From: Chiloscyllium plagiosum
Taxonomy: Eukaryota
NCBI RefSeq assembly: GCF_004010195.1
Contig: NC_057753.1
Span: 7,989,733-8,053,732, forward strand
Reading direction: 5' to 3'
Length of the DNA stretch: 64,000 nucleotides
Of this stretch, positions 1 through 12,327 are shown one piece after another (within the stretch, counting starts at the first letter, position 1; every line of letters begins with the position of its first letter). Made by a program: the position numbers and the translations under genes. The notes beneath the pieces are model-generated. The model saw nothing but the letters and a program-made list of their open reading frames with translations. It did not search any database and was not told the origin of the DNA.

Positions 1-322
1 CTCCCCCTCTTTTACCCTCACCTCTGACCCTACTAAAACATTTAAACCCTGGAACCTGCAACAGCCAATCCTGTCCCTGTTCTACCCATGTCTCCGTAAC
101 AGCCACAACATCGAAGTCCCAGGTACCAATCCGTGCTGCAAGTTCACCTACCTTATTTCGTATACTTCTTGCATTGAAGTATACACACTTCAAGCCACTT
201 TCCTCTTTACAGGCACCCTCCTTTGAGATTGATGCCATGTTCCAAACCTCCCTACAGTCCAGGTCCTGGACACTAAAGCTACAGTCTAGGTTCCCATGCC
301 CCTGCAGAGTTAGTTTAAACTC
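1..322 (-). mobile_element. CR1 LINE fragment (ORF1/ORF2 boundary and start of APE endonuclease)
   Basis: Similar to 2960-3280 of the adjacent CR1. Confidence 0.8.
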
Positions 323-2336
323 TGCAGGTTTCATCTTGTATGTCTCCATCAAATTCTTCTTTCCAATGAGAACAGACCCAAGTCACTTAGACTTTCATCA
401 TAAGACGTGCCCTCCAGACCAGACAACATCCTGGCAAAGCTTCTCTGCACCTTTTCCAATGCTTCCACATCCTTTCTGTAATGGAGTCACCAGAACTGTA
501 TACAATATTTCAAGTGTGGCCGTACCAGCGTTTTGTATAGTTGCAGCATGATATTGCAGCTCCGGAACTCAATCCCTCTACCAATGAAACCTAACACATC
601 ACACTTAGCAGGACTATCCACCTGGGTGGAAACTTTCAGGGATCTATGCACATGGACTCCAAGATCCCTCTGCACATCCACATTACCAAGAATTTTTCCA
701 GTGACCAAGTACTGTGACATCCTGTTATTCTTCCTAAAGTGCATCACCTCACATTTAGCTGCATTGAACTCCATTTTCCACCTCCCAGCCTAATTCTGCA
801 GTTTATCCAATTCCCCTGCAACCTGTAACATTCTTCCAAACTGTCCACTACTCCACCCACTTTCGTGTCATCTGCAAATTTACTAATTCATCCACCTATG
901 CCTGCATCTAAGTCATTTATAAAAATAACAAACAGCAGTGGTCCCAAAACTGATTCTTGTGCACACCACTAGTAACTGGACTCCAGACTGAATATATTCC
1001 ATCAACCATCACTCGCTGCCTTGTTCCAGAAAGCCAGTTTCTAATCCAACCCGCTAAATCACCCTCAATTCCATGCCTCTGCAGTTTCCCCATCAGCCTA
1101 CCATGTGGAACCTTATCAAAGACTTTACTGAAGTCCATGTATACCACATCAACTGCCCTACCCTCATCTACATGCTTGGTCACCTTCTAAAAAAATCAAT
1201 GAGGTTTGCGAGACACGACCTGCCCTTGACAAAACCCTGTTCACTACCCGAAATTAAATTGATGCTTGCTAGGTGATTATAAATCTCATCTCTCATAATC
1301 CTTTCCAAAACCGTTCCGACAACAGAAATAAGGCTCACTGTTCTATAATTACCTGGGTCATCTCTGCTGCCATTCTTGAACATGGGCACAACATTTACAA
1401 TCCTCCAGTCCTCAGGTATTAAACCTGTAGACAATGACGACTCAAATATCAAAGCCAAAGGCTCTGCTATTTCCTCCCTAGCTTCCCAGAGCTTCCTCGG
1501 ATAAATCTCATCCAGTCAAGGGAACTTGTCTACTTTCACTCCTTCTTGAATCGATAATATCTGTGTGTAACTAACCACAATCATTTCTAGTCTAATGTCT
1601 CATACCTCATTCTTCTCCTCCACAATAACTTCCTTTTCCTGAGTGAACACCGATGAGAAATGTTCATTTAACACCTATCTGATCTCGACAAGGTCCACAC
1701 TCAACTTCCCAATTCTGTCTTTGACTGGCCCTATTCCTACCCTAATCATCCTTTTATTCCTCACATACCTATAGAAAGCTTCATGGTTCTCCTTTATTCT
1801 ATTTGCTAAAGGCTGCTCGTGTCCTCTCTTTGCTCTTCTTAACTCTCTCTTTAAATCCTTCCTGACAGATCTGTAAATCTCCATCGCCACATCTGAACCA
1901 TCTTGCCTCATCAGCACATAAGCGTCCTTCTTCTTCTTAACAAGAGTTGAAATTTCTGTAGTAAACCACGGTTTCCCTTACCATATCACTTCCTCCCTGC
2001 CTGACAGGGACATACCTATCAAGGACATGCAATATCTGTTCCTTAAGCCAATTCCACATTTCGATTGCCTGCATCCTTTGCATTTTGCTACTCCATTCTA
2101 TGCATCCTAATTCGTGCCTAATCGCATTGTAATTGCCCTTGCCCCATCGATAACTCTTGACCTTGGCATGTAACTATCCCTTTCCATCGCTAAACTAAAC
2201 GTAACTGAATTATGGTCACTCTCTCCAAGGTACTCACCTACAACTAAATCAAACACCTTGCCTGCTTCTTAACCAAGCACCAGATCCAGTGTGACCTCCC
2301 CTCTTGTCGGCCCTTCGACATACTGTGTCAGGAAAC

Positions 2337-2651
2337 ACGTGGGCGGCACGGTGGCACAGTGGTTAGCACTGCTGCCTCGCAGCGCCAGAGACCCGGGTTC
2401 AATTCCCGACTCAGGCGACTGACTGTGTGGAGTTTGCACGTTCTCCCCGTGTCTGCGTGGGTTTCCTCCGGGTGTTCCGGTTTCTTCCCACAGTCCAAAG
2501 ATGTGCAGGTTAGGTGAATTGGCCATACTAAATTGCCCGTAGTGTTAGGTAAGGGGTAAATGTAGGGGTATGGGTGGGTTTCGCTTCGGCGGGTCGGTGT
2601 GGACTTGTTGGGCCGAAGGGCCTGTTTCCACACTGTAATCTAATCTAATCT
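2337..2651 (+). mobile_element. tRNA-derived V-SINE/HE1-type SINE inserted in CR1
   Basis: A box tggcacagtgg, B box ggttcaattcc, central tgtgtggagtttgcacgttctccccgtgtctgcgtgggtttcctcc, (AATCT)n tail, and GAAAC repeated at 2332-2336 and 2652-2656. Confidence 0.93.
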
Positions 2652-4361
2652 GAAACCCTCCTGTACAGATTGGACGAAAACTGATCCATTCGACATACTC
2701 GAGCTATAACATTTCTAATCAATTATGGGGAAGTTAAAGTATCCCATAATGACCACGCGCTTCCTTTCAAACCTACCGAGAATAATGTTGCTAATTCTCT
2801 CTTCCACCTCCCTGAAAATCTGCGGAGGCCTATAGAAAACTCCAAGAAGTGTGACCTCTCCTCTCCTGTTTCTAACCTCAGCCCACACTACCTCAGCAGA
2901 CGAGTCCTCATTAAAAGTTCTCTCAACCACCATTATAATATCTTTGACTAGCAAGCCTACACCTCCCCCTCCTTTACCGCCTGGCCGGTTTTTACTGAAA
3001 GATCTGAACCCTGGAACCTACAACATCTATTCCTCACCTTGCCCTATCCATGTCTCCGAAATGGCCACAACATTGAAGTCTCAGGTACCGATCCATGCTG
3101 CAAGCTCACCTACATTATTTCGGATATTTCTGGCGTTGAAGTAGACACACTTTAAACCACTTCGCTGCCTGCCAGTACATTCCTGTGACCCTGAAATCCT
3201 GTCCCTATCCTTCCTACTCTTATCCTCCTGTGCACTGCAGCTACACCTCGGTTCCCATCCCCCTCCTGAGCTAGTTTAAACCCACCCGAATAGCACCAGC
3301 AAATTTCCCACCCAGGATATTAATATGCTCTAGTTCAAGTGAAGACCCTCCTGTTTGTGCAAGTCCCACCTTCCCCAGAATGAGTCCTAATTATCCAAAA
3401 ACGTGAAACCCTCACTCCTGCACCATCCTTGCAGCCACATGTTTAGTTGATATCTCTCCATATTCCTTTCCTCGCTATCACGTGGCACGGCTCAGAATCC
3501 AGGGATAACAACTCTGATTGTTCTAGTTCTCAGTTTCCACCTTAGCTCCCTGAAATCCTGCCTTACATCCCAATCCCTGTTTCTACCTATGTCGTTGGTA
3601 CCTACATGGAAAACGACTTGAGGCTTGTCACCCTCTCCCTTCAGGATCCCAAAGATACAATCCGAGTCATCACGGACCCTGGCACCTGGGACGTAACACA
3701 CCAACTGCGATTCTCGTTCGCTCCCAACAAACCTTCTATGTGAACCTCTAACTATTCAATCACCAATGACTGACACTCTCCTCCTTTCCCTCCTTCACTT
3801 CTGTGCAACAGGACAGGCTCTGTGCCAGAGACCTGGGTCCCACTGTTTGCCCCTGATAAGTCATCCCCCTCGACAATATCCAAAACTGCATACATGTTTT
3901 TCAGGGGAATGACCACAGGGGATCCCTCCATTGATTGTTTTTCCCATTTCGAACTACTTCCCTGGAACTCCTATCTATCACAACCTCTGCCTCCCGAATA
4001 ATCCAAAGTTCATCCAGCTCCCTCTCCAGTTCTCTAACACGGTCTTGGGGAACTGAGAGTTGGGCGCACTTCCTGCAGATATACTTGGATGGAACACTAT
4101 TGGTGTCCCTGATCTCAAACATCATGCAGGAGGAATATTGCTCTCCCTGCACTACCATCCCTGCTAGTCCCCTCGTCACAAAGTAAAAAAAGAGATGCTT
4201 ACCTGATATGTCCCTTGTCTTTAAGGTTAGAGGAGGTGGTTGGGAGGGCAGCCCTACAAAGGTAGGGTCTCAGGTTGAGAAGACACTAACTTATATAGCA
4301 GGAGGGAAAAGAAAATAAGAAGTCCCTCCTTTCCCAGAAACCTCTGCTCTCTGACTTAAAA

Positions 4362-4598
4362 TTTAAAAGCACAAATCAGTGACTCGCCGCTCCCGGCAGG
4401 CCCTTGGTGCAAGCTGCTGTCCTACAAATTGCTTCTGCTGTTGCCGCTGCCGCTGTAAAACAGAAATGGAGGACTCCCGCGCTCGTGGTAAGTTTTGAAA
4501 GTCTCAAATCACTCACTCGCTGCTCCCGGCAGGCCCCTGGTACAAGGTGCTGTCCTTCGCGTTGTTGCTGCCACCGCCGCTGAAAAACAGAAATGGAG
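4362..4598. repeat. Two GC-rich repeat units (period about 130 bp) at the CR1 5' end
   Basis: caaatca..ctcgc(c/t)gctcccggcaggccc..aaaacagaaatggag occurs twice. Confidence 0.8.
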
Positions 4599-5365
4599 TG
4601 TTGAGGGTATATACTGAGAAATATTTCAGGTAACAGAGAATATTAATAGCTTTATTTGAATGAATATATTATTGTGTAAGGATATAAAAATCATAATCCT
4701 TAATGGGCAGACATTCTACTAAGTTCAGCGAATAATTATACTTAAAATTGTGAATTCTTAAAGTTAGAAGAATAACATGCAGTTATGAAGTAATATTCAT
4801 TATGTCACTCATGAAGACACAATATTCCACGAAGGGCCTGTGCTGGTTTTATAAAACAGACGTAGCACTTCTGCAGCAGATAAACATACTGCAAATTGTG
4901 TTAAAATACAGCAATTGAATTGAAGAGATCAAAGCTTTCAAGATAATCCAGTGGCTGGATAAAAATGCATTAGGAGTACGGAAGAATATTGGCAATAAAG
5001 AAGCACAATAATGTCAGAAAATGCAAAGTTTTATTAGGAATTCCAATACCCAGGGGAGCAGCATTTTAAATGCTAAACACCAAAAATTTTGATTGTAAGT
5101 GCATTTTTATGAGTAGCTCTTAGAATGGTATCCACGACGGAGAGGTTTGCCACATTTATACCTGGTGATAGGCTCCAGAGAGATTATATTTATTTACTTA
5201 TTTTCTTAAGGTTTGAATCAAGTATGAGTCCAATTGCCATGGTAATGGTCTACATGCTTTAATTCAATAGAAGGTTCTAATCTGTGGGAAGGGGAAGCAC
5301 TGCCTCGCGTTATAGTGTTATGTAGGCTATTTGGCATATCGAGCAGCATCCAAGGAGCAGGAGAA

Positions 5366-5397
5366 TCGACGTTTCGGGCATGAGCCCTTCTTCAGGA
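5366..5397 (-). ncRNA. Minimal type I hammerhead ribozyme motif (inverted arm)
   Basis: CUGAAGA-A-[GGGC ucau GCCC]-GAAA-CGUC on the minus strand; stem I only about 2 bp. Confidence 0.55.
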
Positions 5398-5399
5398 GC

Positions 5400-5439
5400 A
5401 GATTCCTGAAGAAGGGCTCATGCCCGAAACATCGATTCT
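5400..5439 (+). ncRNA. Minimal type I hammerhead ribozyme motif
   Basis: CUGAAGA-A-[GGGC ucau GCCC]-GAAA-CAUC; stem I agauuc/gauucu with one U-U mismatch. Confidence 0.6.
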
Positions 5440-5619
5440 CCTGCTCCTTGGATGCTGCCTGACCTGCTGCGCTTTTCCAGGAACACATTTTCAGCTCTGA
5501 TCTCCAGCATCTGCAGTCCTCACTTTCTCCTACTTGGCATATCGACTCAACATAGATTCTCCTAAGAGCATCTCACGTCCATCTCTGTCCTTGTAACAGA
5601 GCATTTCCAAGTGATAACC

Positions 5620-5850
5620 TCACCTCGCCCACATATCCCTGGAAAATATCAGCAATATAGCATGGCAAAACCATCTAACCTGCGCATCTTTGAATTGTGG
5701 GAGGGAACCGGAGCAGCTGGGGGTAAGCCATGCCGAAACGACGAGAATAAGTGAGCTCTTTCCAGAAAATCACCTGGAAGGGGAGTCTAACCCGCGTCCC
5801 TGGCGCTGCCAGGGTGCAGTACTAACCTTTGAGTGATAATGCCACCCTTA
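5620..5850 (-). mobile_element. Degenerate V-SINE
   Basis: aacctgcgcatctttgaattgtgggagggaaccggagca matches the SINE antisense core. Confidence 0.65.
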
Positions 5851-5959
5851 ATACCGGAATGTTACAAGATGGTCCGATTGCATTTATTATGGCAGTGTCC
5901 AAAATGTCAACCAGTGTCACAAATCAAGTTTTCGTCACCCAGTGCAGCTGTACCAATGC

Positions 5960-6170
5960 TCAAGGAGCATGTCGTCATCCATCATCCAGAATAGAACAGC
6001 CACTTCATTGGGACAACATCCAAAAAACATGCACTGCATGCACTTGTGAAAGCTCTCGAGACAGCGAATTCGACCTCATGCCTACTTCCATCTCAAAGGA
6101 CAAGCACAGCAGATATATGGGAAAGCATCTGCAAGTACTCTTCCAAGCCATTCACCATCCGACTTGTACA
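5960..6170 (+). mobile_element. Decayed L2/CR1-group LINE 3' fragment
   Basis: Recognised by eye from ggacaagcacagcagatatatggga..ctgcaagtactcttccaagccattcaccatcc; not confirmed by a search. Confidence 0.4.
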
Positions 6171-6194
6171 TCGTTTAGTACTATTTCTGCTTCA

Positions 6195-6690
6195 TTGTTG
6201 TGGTTCTGATCGCCGAGCTGAAACTTTTTGTTGCAAACGTTTCGTCCCCTGTCTAGGTGACATCCTCAGTGCTTGGGAGCCTCCTGTGAAGCGTTTCTGT
6301 GGTGTTTCCTCCGGAATTTATAGTGGCCTGTCCCTGCCGCTTCCGGCTGTCAGTTTCAGCTGTCCGCTGTAGTGGCCGGTATATTGGATCCAGGTCGATG
6401 TGTTTGTTGATGGAGTTTGTGGATGAGTGCCATGCTTCTAGGAATTCCCTGGCTGTTCTTTGTTTGGCTTGCCCTATAATGGTAGTGTTGTCCCAGTCAA
6501 ATTCATGTTGCTTGTCGTCTGCGTGTGTGGCTACTAAGGATAGCTGGCCGTGGCGTTTCGTGGCTAGTTGATGTTCATGGATGCGGACCGGTAGCTGTCT
6601 TCCTGTTTGTCCTATATAGTGTTTAGTGTTTACAACACACCAAAACGAAGGACCCGATACCCAGCATGAGCAAAACTAATATAGTGTACA
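6195..6690 (-). mobile_element. Penelope-like element 3' part (GIY-YIG endonuclease C-terminus and pLTR), with an inverted segment at about 6630-6690
   Basis: Minus strand KHYIGQTGRQLPVRIHEHQLATKRH..FDWDNTTIIGQAKQRTAREFLEAWHS; plus strand TKTKDPIPSMSKTNIVY. Confidence 0.88.
6233..6272 (-). ncRNA. Minimal type I hammerhead ribozyme in Penelope pLTR
   Basis: gca-CUGAGGA-U-[GUCaCCU agac AGGgGAC]-GAAA-CGUU-ugc; 3-bp stem I and palindromic AACGUU. Confidence 0.72.
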
Positions 6691-6977
6691 NNNNNNNNNN
6701 NNNNNNNNNNNNNNNNNNNNNNNNNNNNNNNNNNNNNNNNNNNNNNNNNNNNNNNNNNNNNNNNNNNNNNNNNNNNNNNNNNNNNNNNNNNNNNNNNNNN
6801 NNNNNNNNNNNNNNNNNNNNNNNNNNNNNNNNNNNNNNNNNNNNNNNNNNNNNNNNNNNNNNNNNNNNNNNNNNNNNNNNNNNNNNNNNNNNNNNNNNNN
6901 NNNNNNNNNNNNNNNNNNNNNNNNNNNNNNNNNNNNNNNNNNNNNNNNNNNNNNNNNNNNNNNNNNNNNNNNNNNNN
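6691..6977. other. Assembly gap
   Basis: Run of N. Confidence 1.
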
Positions 6978-7162
6978 AGATCAGGGTCGCAGAGTGTGGT
7001 GCTGGAAAAACAAAGCTGGTCAAGCAGTATCCCAGGAGCAGGGGATGGAATGTTTCGAACATGAGCTCTTCAGCAGGAAGAAGTTATGATAGAAACGTGC
7101 ATTCTCCTGCTCCTCGGATGCTGTCTGACAAGCTCTGCTTTTCCAGCACCATATTCTTCGAC
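6978..7162. mobile_element. Degenerate palindromic Penelope-derived mini-element
   Basis: tggtgctggaaaa..gcagtatcccaggagcagg mirrored by cctgctcctcggatgctg..ttttccagcacca. Confidence 0.7.
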
Positions 7163-7499
7163 AACGAAGTGTTCAGTAACCATGTCAATTTTTGAAAAAA
7201 TAGACTGGCAGTGAAGAATGATGGGGACGATTTGTAATTTCGAGCTGTGATGAATGCGATAGTCAGATTTAATATTGGATCGGGAGAGGAAAAATGCAAT
7301 TGTGTGGCATTACGAAATAACAATGGAAAAGCCAACGTGCTATTATTTGTCAGTAACCACTGTGATTATGCTGCCACATTAACTTATTCTGTGCATTTTC
7401 TTTTCAAGAGTGATCCTAAGTGTGGAGATGACAATTTGTCTGGAAAAGCTTATTTTGAACAATGACACGGGAATGGTCAGTTCTGCCAATTCAGGTTTT

Positions 7500-8460
7500 G
7501 TTTTGTGCTCGAATTGTCTTAATATTTGCCTGCAGTCAAAATAAACTGCTGGCAACAGAGAATCAGCTGCACTGAGAAGGAAATCCATGCTTCCTGATTA
7601 GCTTTCTCCCTGAACTCTCTTTGGAAGTTGTTCTCTCGGAGCGGTAAGGACTTGTGTTCGAATTTACCTATTGCCACGGGTGTGTTTGTAGCATGTTGGG
7701 GGAAATGCAACAGCTTCATTAAGTTGAGATGGAGTCGTTTGGATTTTTCCAATCAGTTAAGCTATTCTAAATTCTGTGTTCTTTTGTTCGTGTTTTATTT
7801 ATATTCGTTAAACATTTCTGGGTTTTCTTTTAGCCACGTGTTTGACCAACTGACTCACTCCTGGAGTATCCAGTTTATATCTGTTTAAACAAATAGAAAA
7901 AAAATTAAGGTCTGGGTTTCCTTCTCACAATGTTTTGAGGGGGTCTGGCCCGCTCCATAACAGATTGAAGGTTCTTCGTGGGATTTATTGTTCAGTTTCA
8001 TTTTGGGATTAGGATTGTTGGACTCAAATGCAGCGAGTGATAAGTGTTGGAGTCCTTTATTCTGTGTGTTGAACTCACTTAGTTAAACAGTGCTTCGTGT
8101 AATAATGGCTCTTCAACTCCCTAAGAGTTATCTGGGTATGAAAGAAGGGACTATGGGGGTTATACTGAAGGTGAACAAAGCAAAGCTCCTGGGATTTGAC
8201 AGAAAAGCTGAAGTTGGAGTTACATTTTTCTGTGAGAAACGGAAAGACAAATATAGCAATTAGTCGGCATTTAACCTCTCTAGAAATGCTTGAAATCTTT
8301 CGAGCTAAATGAAATACAATTGAAATGTAAGCAGCTTGAGTTCGAGGCAAATGAAACAGAAAACGATAAGAAACCGTTTGATGTACAATTAAATACATTA
8401 AATACACTGGCGAAAGACATGGATAGAACGAGTCGCATTAGTCTGACAAAAAATAAAGGA
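7500..8460 (+). mobile_element. Decayed Gypsy-type LTR retrotransposon: LTR 3' end (to about 7962) and gag 5' remnant
   Basis: Ends ttttgagggggtctggcccgctccatAACA, an end shared with 42579. Followed by MALQLPKSYLGMKEGT..KVNKAKLL and an E/K/Q-rich coiled-coil remnant. Confidence 0.55.
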
Positions 8461-8899
8461 CGAGAAGGGCATGGGCCAAGTACAGGCAACATGGTATTTC
8501 TGAAATCTTTTGCATAATCATATTTATATCCTATGGTTATATCATATGGTTTCATCCCTCTGTTGTTAAAGGCTCATCCGATGAGTTGGGTCTTTCGATA
8601 ATTTTGTTTTTATCTTTGAATATCACACAAAAAACTTCTGTATGCATGACAGCCAATATTTTCAGATCTATTATTGATAATTATTTTAAATTCAAACAAT
8701 AATAAAAGTAAACACCCTGACATAAGAAGGAAATGCACACAGACATAAATTCACACACAAAGATAATCACCATAAGTGAAGAATCACATGTGTACACGTG
8801 AACTCAAACATCGTTAGATGTAAATAGACACACTGATACAGATACATATCCACGGACACAGTCACATATACATCTTACTGACGCATAGCCATGCATTTT

Positions 8900-11850
8900 G
8901 GACACAGGCCTTCAGCTCAAATTGGCCATGCTGGCCAGGTTTTATAAACTGAACTAGTCCCGTTTGTCAGTGCTTTGCCAAAATCACTGCAGACCCTTCC
9001 TATCCATGTACATGCCTAAAGGTCTTTTTAATGTTGCATTTTCCCTCCACCTCCACTTATTTTTACAGCTGGCTTCATGCACACACCTCGCTCTGTGTTA
9101 AAACAGAAAATCGCCGCTCAAATTGTTTCAATTCTTGCCCCCCTTACCTTCAATGTATGTCCTCTAGTTTTGGTTTCCCTACCCTAGAGAGAACACTTTC
9201 GTCATTCACCTTATCTGTGCCACTCATAAATTTATAATCATGAAAAAAGTCAACCTTCAAAATCCTACCATCCAGGGAGAGAAAAATTCCAAACTATCTA
9301 TGCTGTCCTTATCACACAATCCTTCCAATCTTAGTAACATCCTTGAAAATATTTTTGCACAATTGCCAGTATCGTAACATCCTTCCTACAGCATGGTGAG
9401 CAATAATCGCAGAACTCCAGGTTGACCCTACCGATATCTTTCATGACGTCCCAACTGGTTTATTTAATGATTTCAATGATGAAACGATGCATGCCAAACG
9501 CCTTATTCACCAGCCCGTCTTTCGACTTTAAATGCTCTGAACACTGGAACATCCAGCAACCATTCCATCCCCGAGACACCCATGTATCTGTTATGGCCAA
9601 ACATCATAGCACCAGGTACAGATCCATGCTTTAAGTTCATCACTTTTATTCCAGGTACTCCTTGTGTTAAAGCAAACACTTTAACTGATCCCTTGGTTCC
9701 TTCCCAAGAAAATTCTTCCCCGTAGCTGGTCTACCTCTTGCTGTTGCCTCATCTGCATCAACTCTCGCCTCCTGTATACAGCTCAGGTTCCCACCCCTGC
9801 CATACTAATTTAAACCCTCTCCAACTACTCGAGCAAACCTTCCACGCAGGGCATTGGTCCCTTCCAGTTCAGATGCAATCGGTCCTTTTTGTACAGGTCC
9901 CACCTTCCCCAGAAGGCATCCCAATTATCTTCATATCTAAAGCCCTCCCTCCTCCACCAGCTGTGCAGCCACGTGTTAAGCTGCGCCCGCTCCCTGTTCC
10001 TCGCCTGGATATCTCGTGGCAACGGTAGGAAACGAGAGAACACTACTCTGTTCGTCCTGTTTTGCAGCTTCCATCCTAACTCCCTGAAATCACTTTTTAT
10101 ATCCTCAATCCTTTTTCTGGCTTTATCATTCGTTCCAATATCTAACACGATTTCTGGCTGTTCGCCCTCCCCTTTTAGAACCTGATACACCATATCGGAG
10201 ACGTCCCAGACCATGGCACTGGGGAGGCAAAATACCTTCCGGGAATCCTGATCCTGAACACAAAATCTCCTGTCGATTCCCCTAACTATCGTGTTCGTAA
10301 CGTCCTTCCTACAGCATGGCGAGCAGTAATCGCTGAACTCCAGGTTGACCCTACCGATATCTTTCATGACGTCCCAACTGGTTTATTTAATGATTTCAAT
10401 GATGAAACGATGCATGCCAAACGCCTTATTCACCAGCCCGTCTTTCGACTTTAAATGCTCTGAACCCTGGAACATCCAGCAACCATTCCATCCCCGAGAT
10501 ACCCATGTATCTGTTATGGCCAAACATCATAGCACCAGGTACAGATCCATGCTTTAAGCTCATCACTTTTATTCCAGGTACTCCTTGTGTTAAATCAAAC
10601 ACTTTAACTGATCCCTTGGTTCCTTCCCAAGAAAATTCTGCCCAGTAGCTGCTCTACCTCTTGCTGTTGCGTCATCTGCATAAACTCTCGCCTTCTGTAT
10701 ACAGCTCAGGTTCCCACCCCTGCCATACTAATTTAAACTCTCTCCAACTACTCGAGCAAACCTTCCACTCAGGGCATTGGTCCCTTCCAGTTCAGATGCA
10801 ATCCGTCCTTTTTGTACAGGTCCCACCTTCCCCAGAAGGCATCCCAATTATCTACATATCTGAAGCCCACCAGCTGCGCAGCCACTTGTTAAACTGCGCC
10901 CGCTCCCTGTTCCTCCCCTCGCTATCTCGTGGCAACGGTAGGAATCGAGAGAACACTACTCTGTTCGTCCTGTTTTGCAGCTTCCATCCTAACTCCCTGA
11001 AATCACTTTTTATATCCTCAATCCTTTTTCTGGCTTTATCATTCGTTCCAATATCTAACACGATTTCTGGCTGTTCGCCCTCCCCTTTTAGAACCTGATA
11101 CACCATATTGGAGACGTCCCAGACCCTGGCACTGGGGAGGCAAAATACCTTCCGGGAATCCTGATCCTGAACACAAAATCTCCTGTCGATTCCCCTAACT
11201 ATCGTGTACCGTACCATGAGTACTTTTCTATTCTGCCTCCTTCCCTTTTTTGCCACAGTGTCAGGATCAGTGCCAGAGAACTGACTGCTATGGCTTTCCT
11301 CTGGTAGATCATACCCCCAGCAGTATCCAAAATGGTATACTTATTGCTGAGGGGAATGTCCACAGGGCATCTCTGCACTGTCTGTCAGTCCCTTTCCTCC
11401 CCTTAACTGTAAACCATCTATCCTTGTCCTGAGCCTTAGGAGTGACCAACTACCGGTAACTCCTCTCAAGTACCCCCTCAGCCTCCTGAATGATCCGTAG
11501 TTCATCCAGCTCCAGCTCCAATTCCCTAACCCGTTTTTCAAGGAGCTGGAGTTGGGTGCACTTCCCACAGACGTAGCCAGCGGAGATGTGTGCCATGTCT
11601 CCCACCTGCTACATTCTGCAGGAGCAAACAACTGCCCTAGCATCCATAATCCACTTATCTGAACACCCACTCAGTACTAAAGTTGAAAGCTTAGTTCAAA
11701 TTGCAATAAAATTAATAACAAGCTTATATGGAATAGCGGAAGTTTAGAATGAACCTTACTTTATTAACTAGGTTAGAGGAGGAGGGCGGGTGGGAGGCAC
11801 GACAGTTGTAGTGTCTCGGGTTTAGCCGCCTTGCTGATATATATATATAA
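8900..11850 (-). mobile_element. CR1 LINE segments: 5'UTR, ORF1 esterase and APE start, joined at about 9510 to a CR1 3' end
   Basis: VFCLPSARVWDVS..EIVLDIGTND..RWDLYKKDRLHLNWKG (SGNH esterase) and zinc-finger region at 11450-11645. Confidence 0.85.
9372..11207. repeat. Tandem duplication of about 920 bp (9372-10294 and 10295-11207)
   Basis: Both units start tcgtaac(a/g)tccttcctacagcatgg and end cccctaactatcgtgt; near-identical duplicate ORFs. Confidence 0.95.
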
Positions 11851-12327
11851 AAGAAAATGGAACATGTTATGAATGAGAACTTTGAGGAGCTTGGAAGCAG
11901 GCTTGAACAAATCAAGATTGATGAAGTTGATGTGCTGGAAATTTTGACGAACACTAAGATTGATAAGTCGCCAAGGCCAGACCAGATGTATCCTGCGTTG
12001 CTCCGGCAAGCAAGAAAGGAGGCTTCTAAGCCGTTGATGAAGATCTTTGTTTCCTCACTCTCCACGGTAGTCGTAGCAAAGGGTTGGAGGGAGGCAAATG
12101 TTGTTCCTCTTTTCAAGAATGGGAGGAGGGAAATCCCTGACAATTACAGACCATCAGTCTTACATCTGGAAAGAATTCTGAGGGATAGGACTTATGACTA
12201 TTGGAAAATAATAGCGAGATGAAAGGCAGTGAGCATGGCTTTCTGTGGGGCAGGTCATGCCTAACAAATCTTATTGAGTTATTTGAGGAGATAACGAGAA
12301 CGATCGATGAAGTTCGAGCAGTTAACA

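Larger units (their letters stand above)
323..4598 (-). mobile_element. Near full-length decayed CR1 LINE (5'UTR, ORF1 zinc finger/leucine zipper plus SGNH esterase, ORF2 APE and RT)
   Basis: Fragments CMMFEI..YICRKC..LERELDEL, PGARVRD..VVFHVGTNDIG, GVFYRPP..VIMGYFNFP, AVDVVYMDFSKVFDKVPH and KCEVMHF..LYKTLVRPHLKYC, in order, broken by stops and frameshifts. Confidence 0.92.
5343..5529 (+). mobile_element. Palindromic Penelope-derived mini-element with hammerhead motifs
   Basis: Inverted arms 5343-5397 and 5404-5458. Flanked by cta(t/c)ttggcatatcga at 5327-5342 and 5530-5545. Confidence 0.85.

Noticed and set aside
2341..2415. tRNA genes at SINE heads
   Set aside because: A and B boxes belong to SINEs; no full cloverleaf.
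4620..5200. Possible decayed membrane-protein exon on the minus strand (GIGIPN..)
   Set aside because: Stops in the frames I checked and no further receptor motifs.
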